DNA from: Octopus vulgaris
Lineage: Eukaryota
DNA: 64,000 bases
Direction: 5' to 3'
Assembly (NCBI GenBank): GCA_951406725.2
Contig: OX597827.1
Location: 37,572,001-37,636,000, forward strand
The notes under the pieces were generated by a model. That model was not told where the DNA came from, ran no database searches, and saw nothing but the letters and a program-made list of their open reading frames with translations. Shown in pieces: positions 14,726 through 27,179 of the stretch (position 1 is its first letter; every line of letters starts with the position of its first letter). Made by a program: the position numbers and the translations under genes.

Positions 14726-16238
14726 CTCTTTGGCTATAGCCGTCAATATAAGAGATAACAACTCATTTATACTATTAGCGGGATTAGAAATTTACATTTG
14801 AAAATAAGGAAGGTTAGGAAGAAGATCCATAAATTTTTTGTTTATCTATCAATATATCTATCTATCTATCTTTCTATGCATCCATACATACATACATAGA
14901 TCTCGAGGCTGAGCGAGGGAAAGAAAAGAAATAATGAAATAAATCAATGAAGCAGAGACAGTGAGAGAGGGAGAGAACACTTAAGGAAGAGAAGAAATTA
15001 CTTATGAGAAATAGTTATAAATGAAACATGAAATATTGTTACTCACAAAGAATATACTCTGATTTGAACTGTAGACAGAAGACGATAATTATCACAAGAA
15101 CTCAATGCTCCTTCGAGTTGGAGGAAAAGTGCGGTAAGATAACAAAAATCAAGAAGAAATGAGAGTAAGGTTCGATGTAGAAACAATAACAAAATCAGGA
15201 AGAAAAAACAAAAAAAATGAAATACAAAATTCTGAGAAAAGTTTGCTAAAAAAGACAGAAATGAAACTAAAGCATCAATTACGTAGTCATCACTTATGCC
15301 AACTAATTGATGGCTTACCATGAAAAGAAAATTCATCTTGAATCGGACAAATATTTGATATATTTTATACATATTTTATTCAAGCTTGCAAAAAGAATTT
15401 GCACAAAATTCTATAAAATGTGATCAAAGACTGGTCGAATTCAAAAATATATTTATACATAGAGTATTTCTACTAAATCTAATTGCAAATACAACAGAAA
15501 GAACAAAATTCACAGATACTCAAGATCTAAAATGTATGAAAACTAAACTGAGAAAAAGGTTTTGCCTTTTTTGGGTGGGGGGTGGGGCATTTTTACATTT
15601 AACTCTAGAAATACCAAAATATTTTACCATATCTTTCAAAAAGAATTACTTATTTTATATGAAGAACAACAATTGAAAAAGTTTTGGAAAAGCATCAACC
15701 TAAAGTTCATGTTACAAAATACAAAATACCAAACTGAGGGACATCTTTATATCTGACTGAAGACTCGGTGTTCTACATGAAAGATCGTAAAACTTTTTAG
15801 AGAAAAGGGTGGTTTTATTTACAAATCTCTGAATGTAATACATGTAACTATATGTTATGGATGTTTTGAAAATTATACCAGACAAAGTGGATTGTCACTA
15901 AGCAAACTAATGATAGAATAAGAGACCAAATCAATTATGAGAAACCAAATTCCGTTAAGGAAACATATAACAATATGTGTAAGAATGATCAGACCTAATT
16001 TGAAATTATTTTCAAATTAAAGCCCCCAGCTTTAATTACAGAACAACGACAGAGAATAATTAAACGTTTATGAATCCCTTGCTATAAAGACTTCTAGCAT
16101 ATAAAAATGACTGCTGTAATCTGAAATGCATCTTTTTTAAGATTCTAAAAAAAATGTGAACTGCTAATTTTCCGTGAATAGTTTAAGGAATGAAAACTGG
16201 TTGGAAGAAATGTGATAAACTAAATATAAAAAAAATAT

Positions 16239-16927
16239 GGACCACTTCTGTTTGGCTGCGCCTGTGGAAATTTCCAAGTTTAGCGAAAATTTTTTAATTT
16301 GGTGTATTGATGTAATTTTTCACGCTGAATCTCAGGAGAATTTCTTGAAATTTTTCCTGATAATTTTTTTTAAAGAGTTACAGAGGTTTAAAGTTTGATC
16401 ATTTTTACCCAGTCAGAATAGAAGCACGCGTTGTAAACAAATGAAATATTGGCGGAATTCTGCTTTACGCACGCCATATAATCCCTCATAACTTGTTTAG
16501 TTTTTGAAATTTTCAGACAATTTTTTTCGAATTTTTTTTTCACACACAAGAATTCATACGATTATGCTAAAAAAAATTTTGGTGCGTGGTTTAAAACCTA
16601 TTTAGCTGTTATTTTTAGCACACCTCACGATCAACGAAACATGACCACGTGCCTTGACAGGACCACAACAGAGGGATAAGCAGCTTAGTAACAGCTTGGC
16701 TTGTTGCTATGTAAGCAGGCACCTATATGTCTGTGATTTTTGATTGGCTAAAATTACCCAAAATTTACAAACTTTAAAAGCTATTAACTCTTTATTTATT
16801 AATTTATGGTGAAAGTGAATTTCATGTAAATGATTACCATACAAATCTACATCAAATGACCCAATATGAAATCTATTGGAACAAACATTCAAGAAATTCA
16901 AAAGCGGCAGTCAAATAGAAAAGATCC
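16239..16927. mobile_element. Old GG-terminated TIR element related to the Merlin-like MITEs
   Basis: Termini ggaccacttctgtttggctgc / gcagtcaaatagaaaagatcc resemble the GGATCTTTTCGGTTTG TIR at 35256; subterminal segments are homologous to 17144-17830. Confidence 0.6.
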
Positions 16928-17143
16928 AAATTCATTTAATGCATTAAAAGATATAATTACTTCAATTGAGGTATACATTTTCATCCTTAATTTGTGCACG
17001 CATGCACACGTATGTGTATCGGGTAATGTAATCGGGAGTTTGGAGAGTAGAGGTACACGTAACACAAGTCGACGGAATTGATGCTCTAAGTTAATTTCTA
17101 TAAATTCGTTCTGGCAATAAAACGTAAATAGGGAGTTCTAGTG

Positions 17144-17830
17144 GGATCTTTTCTGTTTGGTTGCCAGCGTCAATTTTCTATTCAAATTGATTTCATATTC
17201 AGTGTAATGATACACTTTTATAGACTAAGTAATGACGTGAAAGTAATTTTCGCAATAAATCAATAAATAAAAAGTTATTAGTAATTAAAGTTTGAAAATT
17301 TTGGTAATTTTAGCTAATCGTAAGTCACAGACACATTCATGCCTGTTTCGATAGTAAGAAGCGGAACATGAGAACTCTTTTGTCTCTCAACGTACATGTT
17401 GCCATAGTAACAAGCGAATCCGAGCAGTCTTTGAAAAGTCTTTCATCTGCAAGGAAGCAGGTGTTGACAAATTTGACGCTGTGTTCTGTGTAATAATGGC
17501 AGCAAGCTCCGGTAACTTCGCTTCTATTATGGAAACGTTGAAAACAGAAGAGGACATTTTAAAAATAAAAGCCGAAAGTTTACAAATATTGACAACCAGT
17601 TTACAAGATGTTGACAACAAAATGTGCAGTCACGCACAAAATGACAGCTTCCAAGTCCTGTTTCTTGACTGGGTGAAAATAATCAAACTTTAAAACTCTA
17701 TAACTTTTTAAAAACATTTTCCTCGAAAAAAATGAAATAACTCCAGCAATTTTTGTTTGGCCAAGTGTATTATTGAGCCAAATTTTAAAATTTTCAGTAA
17801 GCTTTCATTTTTTGGAGCCACTGACAACCG
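17144..17830. mobile_element. Related GG-terminated TIR element in inverted orientation, right end eroded
   Basis: Starts ggatcttttctgtttgg; 17255-17335 is the reverse complement of ~16725-16808, and 17662-17810 is the reverse complement of ~16275-16420. Confidence 0.6.
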
Positions 17831-18497
17831 CTAGTTGAACTATTGATACAATAGACCAGATTTTATCTTTTCATTGTTGCATCTATAATCGCAGCTGTTG
17901 TAGTAGTTGTTATTGTTTATGTTGTAGCTATTGTTGTTATTGTTTATCTCCATATCAGCACCGATCCAGCTCACCTATGATTAACGGCTTTCGATTGGTA
18001 ACAATCCTGTGTTCTTGGAGGGTTTTATTTATTTATTCATTAATTTGTCTTACTCTACAATATGCGATGTAACCATTTGTTTTATGAGAACGTGGCATGA
18101 TTTGAGAGATAGCTGGTTACTATTTCCAGCAAGTCAAACGACCACAGGTCGGGCTAGAGATGACTGTCTTGTGTCTGTGGTCCAGTTTTCAAAATCTAGG
18201 TCACCATGAAAAATAGAAACTGCGGTAAGTTTTTATCAATTTTAAAGATTTTCCTTTTTGTTAATGATTACAGGGTGTGGTACAACTCTATTTGCTTAAT
18301 ATTGTGCCTCTATACTATTCAATAAGACTGTGCTTTCCAGTCCCCATTAAAGAAAGCTCTCAAGGTCATTGTTCTATTGTTCAGTTTATATCTACTGTGA
18401 GATGTAAATCTCACGCTGCGGAAGCTATTGTAGTGGTTACTAAGGAGGGAAGGTGAGATATTTAAAGTATTGAAAGAGGTGATTATTAGCAACCTTG

Positions 18498-18562
<65 letters not shown>

Positions 18563-18566
18563 ACTT

Positions 18567-18619
<53 letters not shown>

Positions 18620-19004
18620 ATACACACTTATATGTATGTATGTATGTATGTGTGTGTGTATGTGTGTGTGTATGTACACATATATACATACATACATAAA
18701 TGTGTGTGTGTGTTTATATATATATATATATAAGACGGTAGTCTAGCATGGCCGCAGTCAAGTGACTGAAACAAGTAAAAGAATATATATACGCACAAAT
18801 ATACATACGTACATATATACACACATACATACATGTATTCACACACATACATGCATGCATACATACATACATACATACATACATACATACATACATACAT
18901 ACATACATACATACATAAATACATACATACATATATTCCATTCATTCGACTAAAATTCCTCAAAGTTCCCCAGTATGGTGCAGTCTAATGACTGAAACAA
19001 GGAA

Positions 19005-19064
<60 letters not shown>

Positions 19065-19069
<5 letters not shown>

Positions 19070-19268
19070 TAATCCAAACAAGAAAACAAAAAAACACAAC
19101 AACGCGAGGACGTGGAACAAATAAAGTATTATTGGACGCTCAGGAAAGAAGGGAAAAAGGAGGGTTTAACGTTTCGAGCGGAGCTCTTCGTCGGAAACAT
19201 AGGAGAAGGAAAGATCCCGAGAAGGGAAGACAGAGGAAAAAAATCGCCAGCGGTAATCACGAGGTCAA
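19065..19268 (-). mobile_element. Penelope-like pseudo-LTR fragment with a hammerhead-like motif
   Basis: TA-flanked; shares acgctcagga and acgtttcgagc..gctcttc with the copies at 55331 and 62660. Confidence 0.55.
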
Positions 19269-19310
19269 TATGCATACATATATATATATATATATTAAGG
19301 CGGTGCTCCG

Positions 19311-19580
19311 GCATGGCTGTAGTCAGATTTCCTAACCACATGGTTCCGGGTTCAGTGCACTAGGTGGCATCTTGGGCAAGTATCTTCTACTGTAGCCTTT
19401 TGCCTACGAAAGCCTTGTGGGTGGATTTGATTGATGGAAACTGAAAGAAGCCAGTCGTATGTGTGTCTGTGTATTTGTGTGTGTCTGTGTTTGTACCACC
19501 CCTCACTATAGCTTGACAACCGATGATGGTGTGTTTACATCCCCATAACCTAGCGGTTCGGCCAAAGGTTCCGATAGAAT
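19311..19580 (+). mobile_element. SINE family A, 3'-truncated
   Basis: Colinear with the family consensus seen in this window. Confidence 0.75.
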
Positions 19581-19830
19581 ATAAATGTACTTTTGCACAA
19601 TACAGTGAGAATGAATTTTGAGTAATCGTTCACTTAATTTAATTTACTTTTAGGTATGGATGACCTAAGTATACATTTAACTTCCCCATTCTTATAAACA
19701 CCAAGTAGATAGCCAACTCGCTTTGTGATCATGAGTACGCCAAACCTCACGTGTGCGTATGTTCACGTTTTTGCGGGTGCTTGTATGAGCGAGTGTACTT
19801 GCGCCATGCAGCTTGTCCGAGGGCGTTTAT

Positions 19831-20049
19831 CCCTTTAGTGTTTAAACCGGCCACATCTGGCCCAGATATTCTACTTGTTTTATATTTGAACTAGCCATAT
19901 CTAACCTCTCACACCTAACCTACATTGACATTCTAAAAATAAGCAATCACATCATTGAAACCTCAAAGCTGTAAGACAATGCATGAGTAATTCAAAACAA
20001 TTTGAGTGGAAAAGTATTACATTTAACAGAGTAATCTGAACCCTTAAGG
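19831..20049. mobile_element. piggyBac-like MITE
   Basis: Left end ccctttagtgtttaaa, degenerate right end tctgaacccttaagg, identical TTAT tetramer on both flanks (19827-30 and 20050-53). Confidence 0.6.
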
Positions 20050-20404
20050 TTATACATCCATATCTGTTAACGGTTATTTTTAATACTTTTCTCGCTGGAT
20101 TGCGTGTTCGTATCTCTTTTTACCATCCGTAATTTTATTTTTGATTTTCTATATAAATGAAGCTAGTTCCTCCGTCTGGCTGCTTTTCTCACTACAAAAC
20201 GGAAAGTTACATTGCAGAACAATCATTTTAACGACTTGTATTTATTTATCATCCGACGAGATACATCTGCACCACCGGATGCTCTTGAACCAGTGGTTGA
20301 GTGTCCAACCCATGAGGAATCGATGCTAGACGTGTCGAAACAATTGTCGTGATTAATAATAAATTCTCGTATATTCCATCTTTCGTCTTTCTTTTGCCAT
20401 ATAT

Positions 20405-20947
20405 ATGTATAGGAAATCGACGATCTCGTAAACCCTCTTTGAACTGTCTATTGATATAATAATCGGAAAGGGGTGAGATCTAGGCTGTAGACGGAGTTCC
20501 AGCACCTCAAAACCCAATTGTTTAATAGTTTCAACGGTCTGGGTGGCCGTGTGTAAGCGTGCATTGTCATGTAACAACAAAACTTTCTTCTACAATACGC
20601 TTTGGCGTTTGGTGCGAATTGCTGGCTTCAGTTTGTTGGCCAGCAAAGCACTGTATCTTGCACTATTGCTCGCACATCCCTTTTCCTGGTAGTCTTCCAG
20701 TATAGGCCATTTTGAGTCACCAAAAATATTTAACATCACCTTTCCTGCGGAAGACTGAGTTTTGAATTTCTTCGTCGCTGGCGAACCAGATGTTTCCACT
20801 CCATACTCTGTCTTTTGGATTCTGCTCATAATGATGGACCCAAGTTCCATCTCCTGTGACTATTCTGCTCAAAAGTTCCTCGCCTTCATTGTTGGGTGAT
20901 TGGGTAAACGTTGGCAGACCTCAAGATGTTTGCGCTTGTGCTCCTAG
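20405..20947 (-). pseudogene. Mariner (DD34D-type, irritans/Hsmar2-like) transposase fragment
   Basis: Frameshifted motifs TGD..WVHHY, KKFKTQSSAGKVML.IF.DSK, LLLHDNAR.HTA, LGFEVLE..YS.DL.P. Confidence 0.85.
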
Positions 20948-22889
20948 TTGACATGGAGATAAGTAAATCTCGTATCCACTGAAAATGGGCATGAGCGCTA
21001 GTCAGTCGGAGAGTCTACTTTCACTGATTAACACTACATCTAAACTTAGTGACCTGAGGTCATTGAATAGGTGACCCTGTTTCGAAAGCCACCCCTGGTC
21101 ACGTGCATTTATACTGTCTATTCTGAGCAAGGCCATGTTTGCCAGAGAGAAGGAGAATAAAGAGAATCAGTTATCCTATTTCTGTGAAGAGACAGATATT
21201 CTATCTTTCTGCCCATTTGTGGGTATCTCCACAGCATGACTTTGTAGAGTTTTTTTTTATGGTCAAACGGAAATCCCCTTTTCCTTGTGGATATTTTGTT
21301 TTCACTTCTTCATAAGTTTATTGCGTTGTTTTTTATAACTTTTATGTGAATGCAGGGAAGCGATGCATCGATTTCTAGTAATGTCTGTAATTTTTAATGT
21401 GTTTTATTAAGTTCTTGTTGTTTGTGTCTACGGCCTTGTAATTGATGGCGTCATGGGAGTGTTGTTCATGTTGGCCTCAATTGCATTGTGTTTTCGTTTG
21501 TTGAAGTGTTTGTAATGTTGGTAGTGTTTGTAGCGTTGGAGGTGCTTGTAACTGCGTTGCTGTAGGGTGTGTGGATGTGTGATGGTTTATTGGCTCCTGT
21601 ATCTCCTCTTCTGATTACTTTACTGCGCTTTTCATTTTCTAAGTTTTTTTCCTTTTTACCAAGATCCATTCTGGTGAATTTCCAGGAAGTTTTCCTTGCT
21701 AGAAGAGTTTTCACACTCAGAAAAATCTGTGGTGGACGGAGAAGTATCTCTGCACAGTCGCACATTTCGAGGCTGGAGGTCTGGTTGACTGGGGTGGGTG
21801 AGGCTTTTCTCAGTTGCAATGGTGTTGGAATTTTCGTTTTCATCGGTGTGGTATTGGTGCTTGCTGCTATGTTAAATGGATTTCTCCTGCTGCTCTTTCT
21901 GTTGATGCTGTTGTTGTTTTGCGTTTGGGTGGTGCAACAGCACTTAGCACGGATATTGTTGGTGCTAGTGTTGGTGCTGCTGCTGCTGCTGCGGCTTTTG
22001 CTGCTGTTGTTGTGTAAGGGGTTTCTGCAGTAGCGGGGGGTTTTTTTGTAATTTTTACTTTGCATGGAGCAGAAAGCCTTTAAATGGTTTGTTTTGCCAC
22101 AAATGTAGAACCACAGCTTTCGGCCTTCTGCTCTTACAAATAACTGTGTTCCATCAGGACGATTGATCAAGTCAGGGATGACTTCGATATTACATATCGG
22201 CGGGTACCACAATTTCATGCTCACAATTCTTCTTTCCCATTTTGTAAACTTGCAGAATTATCATTTTGTCTTCTATGCCATATAATACGGCTGCTATCAA
22301 CAAAGAGATACGTCGGAATAAGCCATAATTCCTCACGTTTGAGGGTCGTTGTGACATGTTCATTGTCTAACTCTTCAGTTAAGAATCTTACCTCAGCAGT
22401 GCCAAAGCGTCTCCCACGAGCAACATAAGTTTTTAAACCCCAGACCGGTCTCGGGCATCTTTCCGATCTGGCCCTGCGTCGCTCGCTCCGGTCGCCACGT
22501 CTTTAATGGTATACATTTATATATAATGGTTTTTCCTGAGTGTCTTCTTGCACTTCCAACGATATATTAAGGAAGACTGTTCTGCCATTATTTGTTAAGT
22601 GCAGGTTTAATTGCACATTTTTTTGTACCCGCTCGACTTTTTCCATATTCCGACAAAGTTGTGCGAAACCGTTCCCATTCTGCTTAGAAGCAAGAACGGC
22701 CGCTGGTGTCGTTTTTACTAATGCTTGAAATAGTGGTGATTCTGGTGGTGGTGGTGGCGGCGGTGGCGGTGGTGGTGTGAACGGGTATTTAGTTAACAGT
22801 TTAACAAAACTTGGAATACCAACTAATAAAACAGCAAATTCTAAAGAAAACTTACAAGCCATGAACGCGCATCTTCTTGCTTCAGTCAC
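20948..22889 (-). mobile_element. L1/Tx1-clade LINE, 5' part: ORF1 remnant and start of the ORF2 APE endonuclease
   Basis: ORF1 with a degenerate zinc knuckle (VRAEGRK..FYICGKTNHLKAFC); ATG at 21136 gives MALLRIDSINARD...LFNDLRSLSLDVVLISESRL, an APE N-terminal motif. Confidence 0.65.
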
Positions 22890-22890
22890 A

Positions 22891-22967
<77 letters not shown>

Positions 22968-22968
<1 letters not shown>

Positions 22969-23493
22969 TGATTGGAAGTGTTATCATGTACATTGTTTTG
23001 TCTTGGTATAAAAGATGGGCTACAGCAAATATTCTGCTCAATACCAGAGATTTGCTTGTCAGTTGTTTGACCTTAACCAGTTGAGCATGTCCCTTAGTGG
23101 CTGACGATATGTGCATCTCTGATCACGAGCAGAAGTAGTGGGGGAGCATCATAGCCATGTGTTGAGAGGGATTCTTTGGGGTTTGAATAATTCACCTCTG
23201 AAAACAGGGGGGTTCTTTCAACATCCTTAAACAACCCTTATTCAGGGACCTTTTGAGCGGGATGGGCTACTCAACCTGAAGAAAATTCTAACTGGGCCCC
23301 ACCTGCAAGGTCATGTGCTGTTTATCTTGATATGAGATCACCATGTCGCGCACATATGGTTGTGATGCATGTGCCTGGTGTACCCTTATCAGACGGGTAG
23401 TCATGATGGGTATATTGGGCTTCGTATATTTTACCCCAGTGTCACTTTGATAGCATGCACTGCTCTCTCACTCAATAATAATAATAATAATAA
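22968..23493 (+). mobile_element. 5'-truncated non-LTR element 3' end inserted in (TAA)n, probably Dong/R4
   Basis: Complex ~510 bp block bounded on both sides by (TAA)n; Dong/R4 elements are known to target TAA repeats. Confidence 0.45.
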
Positions 23494-24490
23494 CTAGCGG
23501 GACACGTGAATATTTCACGGAATTAATGGTAAAACTATTGGGTTATTTCTGAAAACTTCATCCTAAATACCTGAAAGCTTATCCTGTGTTGTGTCTGTAA
23601 GGAAAGATAGTCGCTCATCTGTTACTCATTGAAAAGTGAAAGAAATTGAAATACGATGATTACTAAATGCACTTTATATATACACTTTATTTACTTTATG
23701 CACAATTTTATAGACTTAATACACAGCTCTCATATTCACTCTTATTTTTCTCTTTTTCCCATAAACAAAAAAATATCCCGTACATATGATACAACCTTTA
23801 GTTAATATGTCACGTAAATAAGCATGAATATTTCGCGACATTGCGCTTATGCGCGTGCGTTAAGTGATAGGTAGTATAAAAAACTTGGTTCAATTAACAA
23901 AAATACACTTTTCACTATCCAATCACCACCGCCACCTCCACCACTACTACCGCCATCTCCACCACCACCACCACCACCATCTTCTCTCTTTCCCCTCTCT
24001 CTTCTCCCTCTCCCTTTTCTATCTCTCTCTCCCTTTTCTCTCTCTCCCCTCTTCTCTCTCTCCCCCTCTTCTCTCTCTCCCCTTCTCTCTCTCCCCTCTT
24101 CTCTCTCCCCCTCTCTCTCTACCTTTCTTTAACCTCCCCATCAGAACCTCACCCATCTGCTAAAATTATATTTTTAACTCTGTCTTCTACTTTTAACTAA
24201 CTTTTTTAATCGCGTAATAAATATTACGTTCCCTCTACCTTATGTCATGGACGCTTGTCTCACCCTCTTTCTGTCTCTCTCTTTGCCTTATCCTCTTTTC
24301 TCTCTCCTTTTCTTTCTCCTCTCTTCCCCTTCAGCTAATCACGTGAAAACATTACAATTACATTCCCTCTACATCACGTCATAGAGGCTTCGCTCTCTCT
24401 TTTTCTCCCTCCCTCTTTCTTTCTCCCACTTTCTCTCTCTCCCTCTTTTCTCTCTCCCTCTTTTACTCTAATCACGTGAAAGTGTTACCA
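23494..24490 (-). mobile_element. Non-autonomous Helitron (3' end at 23494)
   Basis: Minus strand ends with hairpin CGTGAAATATTCACG, 7 nt, then CTAG followed by T; 23835-23930 is homologous to 37215-37310 on the opposite strand. Confidence 0.6.
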
Positions 24491-24533
24491 ACGGGCTAAG
24501 TAATGCAGTGACAAGCAGAGTTATTGTAAGATC

Positions 24534-24723
24534 CTTCCTACTATAGGCACAAGGCTTGAGATTTTGGGAGAAGAGCCAGTCAATCACATCGACCTCAATG
24601 CGTAACTTACGACTCAGGTGGCATTATCGACTCAGGTGGCATTTGAACTCAGAACACGAAGACAGACGAAATACCGCTAAACATTTCGCCCGGTGTGCTA
24701 ATGATTCTGCCCGCTTGCCGCCT
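24534..24723 (-). mobile_element. SINE family B
   Basis: Reverse complement aaggcggcaagcgggcagaatcattagcacaccgggcgaaatg...; head abuts (AAT)n(AGT)n(AGC)n at 24726-24890. Confidence 0.75.
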
Positions 24724-24747
24724 TTATAATAATAATAATAATAATAA

Positions 24748-24890
<143 letters not shown>

Positions 24891-24999
24891 CATGTGAATT
24901 TGCGTGTGTAATCTGGGAATGCATACAATGAGCTTCTCTGCCCTAGGTGTACGGAAAACACTCGGCGAGAAATGGAAGAAAATTTGAAGAAAGAAGGAA

Positions 25000-25059
<60 letters not shown>

Positions 25060-25174
25060 TTTAACTGTTTAGAAAAATATACGACAAAATGTCTTGAGAA
25101 AAAAATAATGATACAGTTAGACTCAGAAAATTTACATAATAATAGATATAAATATGAGATGTCAAATGTTTCTC

Positions 25175-25510
25175 CAGAGTGATTTTCAAACCCGTTTTCT
25201 TTCGCAAACCCGTTGTTATTTTACAAACAGATTTTCAGACCCGTAAAGAGTTTTTATGTTGTTAATAGTTTTTCAGAAATTAATTTGATTTTTTTTTTAA
25301 ATGCATTATACATTCTAAAAGAAGATGTGGGATCAAAGCAGAGTCAATGATTTGAATGACACTGGTTCTGTTCTGTGTTAACTTCTTTGAAATTTTGTTT
25401 AACAGCAGACAGCTGCAATCCTTTATCTGCCTCAAAAGCCTTTATGTACGTGGTTGGAAAAGAGCAAGAAATACGCTATAGCTTTTTCTGATAGTTGTGA
25501 ATAATTGACT
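25175..25510 (-). mobile_element. Possible hAT (Charlie/Buster-like) 3' remnant
   Basis: Minus strand gives YSQLSEKAIAYFLL/FPTTY, resembling the hAT dimerization motif; cag(a)gtgattttcaaacc resembles a hAT TIR. Confidence 0.3.
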
Positions 25511-25817
25511 TCATCGTCGTCGTTTAGCTCTGCCCTCTTCGTCGTCATCATCAGAATCTGTCTGGGTGAAAACCTAACGGAACACTGGTTCTTCGCTGCA
25601 CACTTCCAACACGTTATAATGTATGCTAGAAAGCTTATTTTTTATGACAGTAGTAGTGGAATAAAGAAGGATAAGGTTGGCTTTTATTGTGAGCATGATT
25701 GCCAAAGATTTTATGTCTGTCTGAGGTCCTTGTTGTGACTTGACAAACACCACGAACCACTGGTAGACACAATATCTTCAACCTACAACCTCACGATATT
25801 GTATACTGTGCGACGTC

Positions 25818-25886
<69 letters not shown>

Positions 25887-26249
25887 CCACTTCATAATCT
25901 TAATTTTAATTGGCAACAAAAGAAATCATACAAGAATTAAAACCTGATCTTACTGAGTTAAATGAAATTATTTAAGCATACGCTTAGGCAATTAAAACCC
26001 AGTTGTACGCCTCCGAAAAAAGAAAAAAAAAACAAAGAAAAAACCAAACCTTGGAATAAATCTAAACTTGTGAAGTAAAACTAAAAAAAGGGATTGAATT
26101 AACGAGGTGAGAAATATCAATAATAAATTAACTAATCTTTGGAAATGATATAATATCCAGAAAAGGAAGAAAGATGAAGAGAAGATATGGATCCATGCCA
26201 AGAGAGAAACGGATGTCAACAAAGTAAACACTGAAACAGAAGTCCATCA

Positions 26250-27115
26250 TGTATGTGTGTGCATGTATGTACGTGTTGTGTGTGTGTGTGTGGAGGTATA
26301 TATGTGCGTGCGTCTGTGTGTGTGAATGTGTATATGTATGTGTGCGTGCGTGTGTGCGCGTGTATGTATGCGTGTTTGTCTATGTACGTGTGTATATGTA
26401 TGTGTGCGCATGTGTGTGTTGTATGTGTGTTGTGTGTGTGGAAGGTTGTGTGTGTGGAGGGCTGTGTGTGTGTGGAGGGTTGTGTGTGTGGAGGGCTGTG
26501 TGTGTGTGGAGGGTTGTGTGTGTGTGGAGGGTTGTGCGTGTGGAGGGTTGTATGTGTGGAGGATTGTGCCTGTGGAGGGTTGTGCGTGTGTGCGCATGTG
26601 TGTATTGTATGTGTGTTGTGTGTGTGGAGGTATATGTGCATTCATGTATGTGTGGGTGCGTTGTCTGAAGGGTGTGTGAATGGGTGGGTGTGGCTGTATG
26701 AATGGGTGAAGGTGGTTATGTGTGTGTGTGTTGGCATGTATGCGTGGACGGTGTGAGAATGTGTATGCGTGTGTGTGTGTGTGTGTGCTCATGTGTAGGT
26801 GGGTCTGTTTGTCTATGTGTGTATCTTTGTGTGTCATTGTGTCGCGTGCTCTCTCTCTCTCTCTCTCTCTCTGTATAAATGTGTGCGTACCTATCTCTGT
26901 GTATCACTCTGTTACGTGTGTGTGTGGACGTGTATTACGTACGTGTGTATGAGTGTATATTTGCGTATGTGTGCGCGTTGTGTGTGTGTGTTGTGTGTGG
27001 AGGGTTGTGTGTGTGGAGGTATGTGTGCGTTCGTGTGCGTGTGTGTGTGCTTGTGTGTGAGTGTGAGGGGAAGAGGGGTGGTGGTATGTGGTGTATGGTG
27101 TGTGTGTGATGTGGT
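26250..27115. repeat. GT-rich minisatellite with a ~16-18 bp unit (tgtgtgtggagggtt/gc)
   Basis: Repeated tgtggaggg core embedded in (TG)n. Confidence 0.85.
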
Positions 27116-27179
27116 ATAGGAACAGGAGATATAAAAATTTGAAAAAAAAAAATAATAAGTAGTACAAATAATACTAATA

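Noticed and set aside
15040-16130. A-rich stretch that may be a very old LINE (similar at 34450-34900 and 40040-40660)
   Set aside because: Too decayed to identify motifs reliably by eye.
17387-17693. ORFs with natural-looking composition
   Set aside because: They lie inside a TIR element and show no recognisable domain or splice sites.
26216-26837. His/Thr- or Cys/Val-rich repeat ORFs; superficially CRISPR-like periodicity
   Set aside because: Minisatellite with no unique spacers, no cas genes, and a eukaryotic context.
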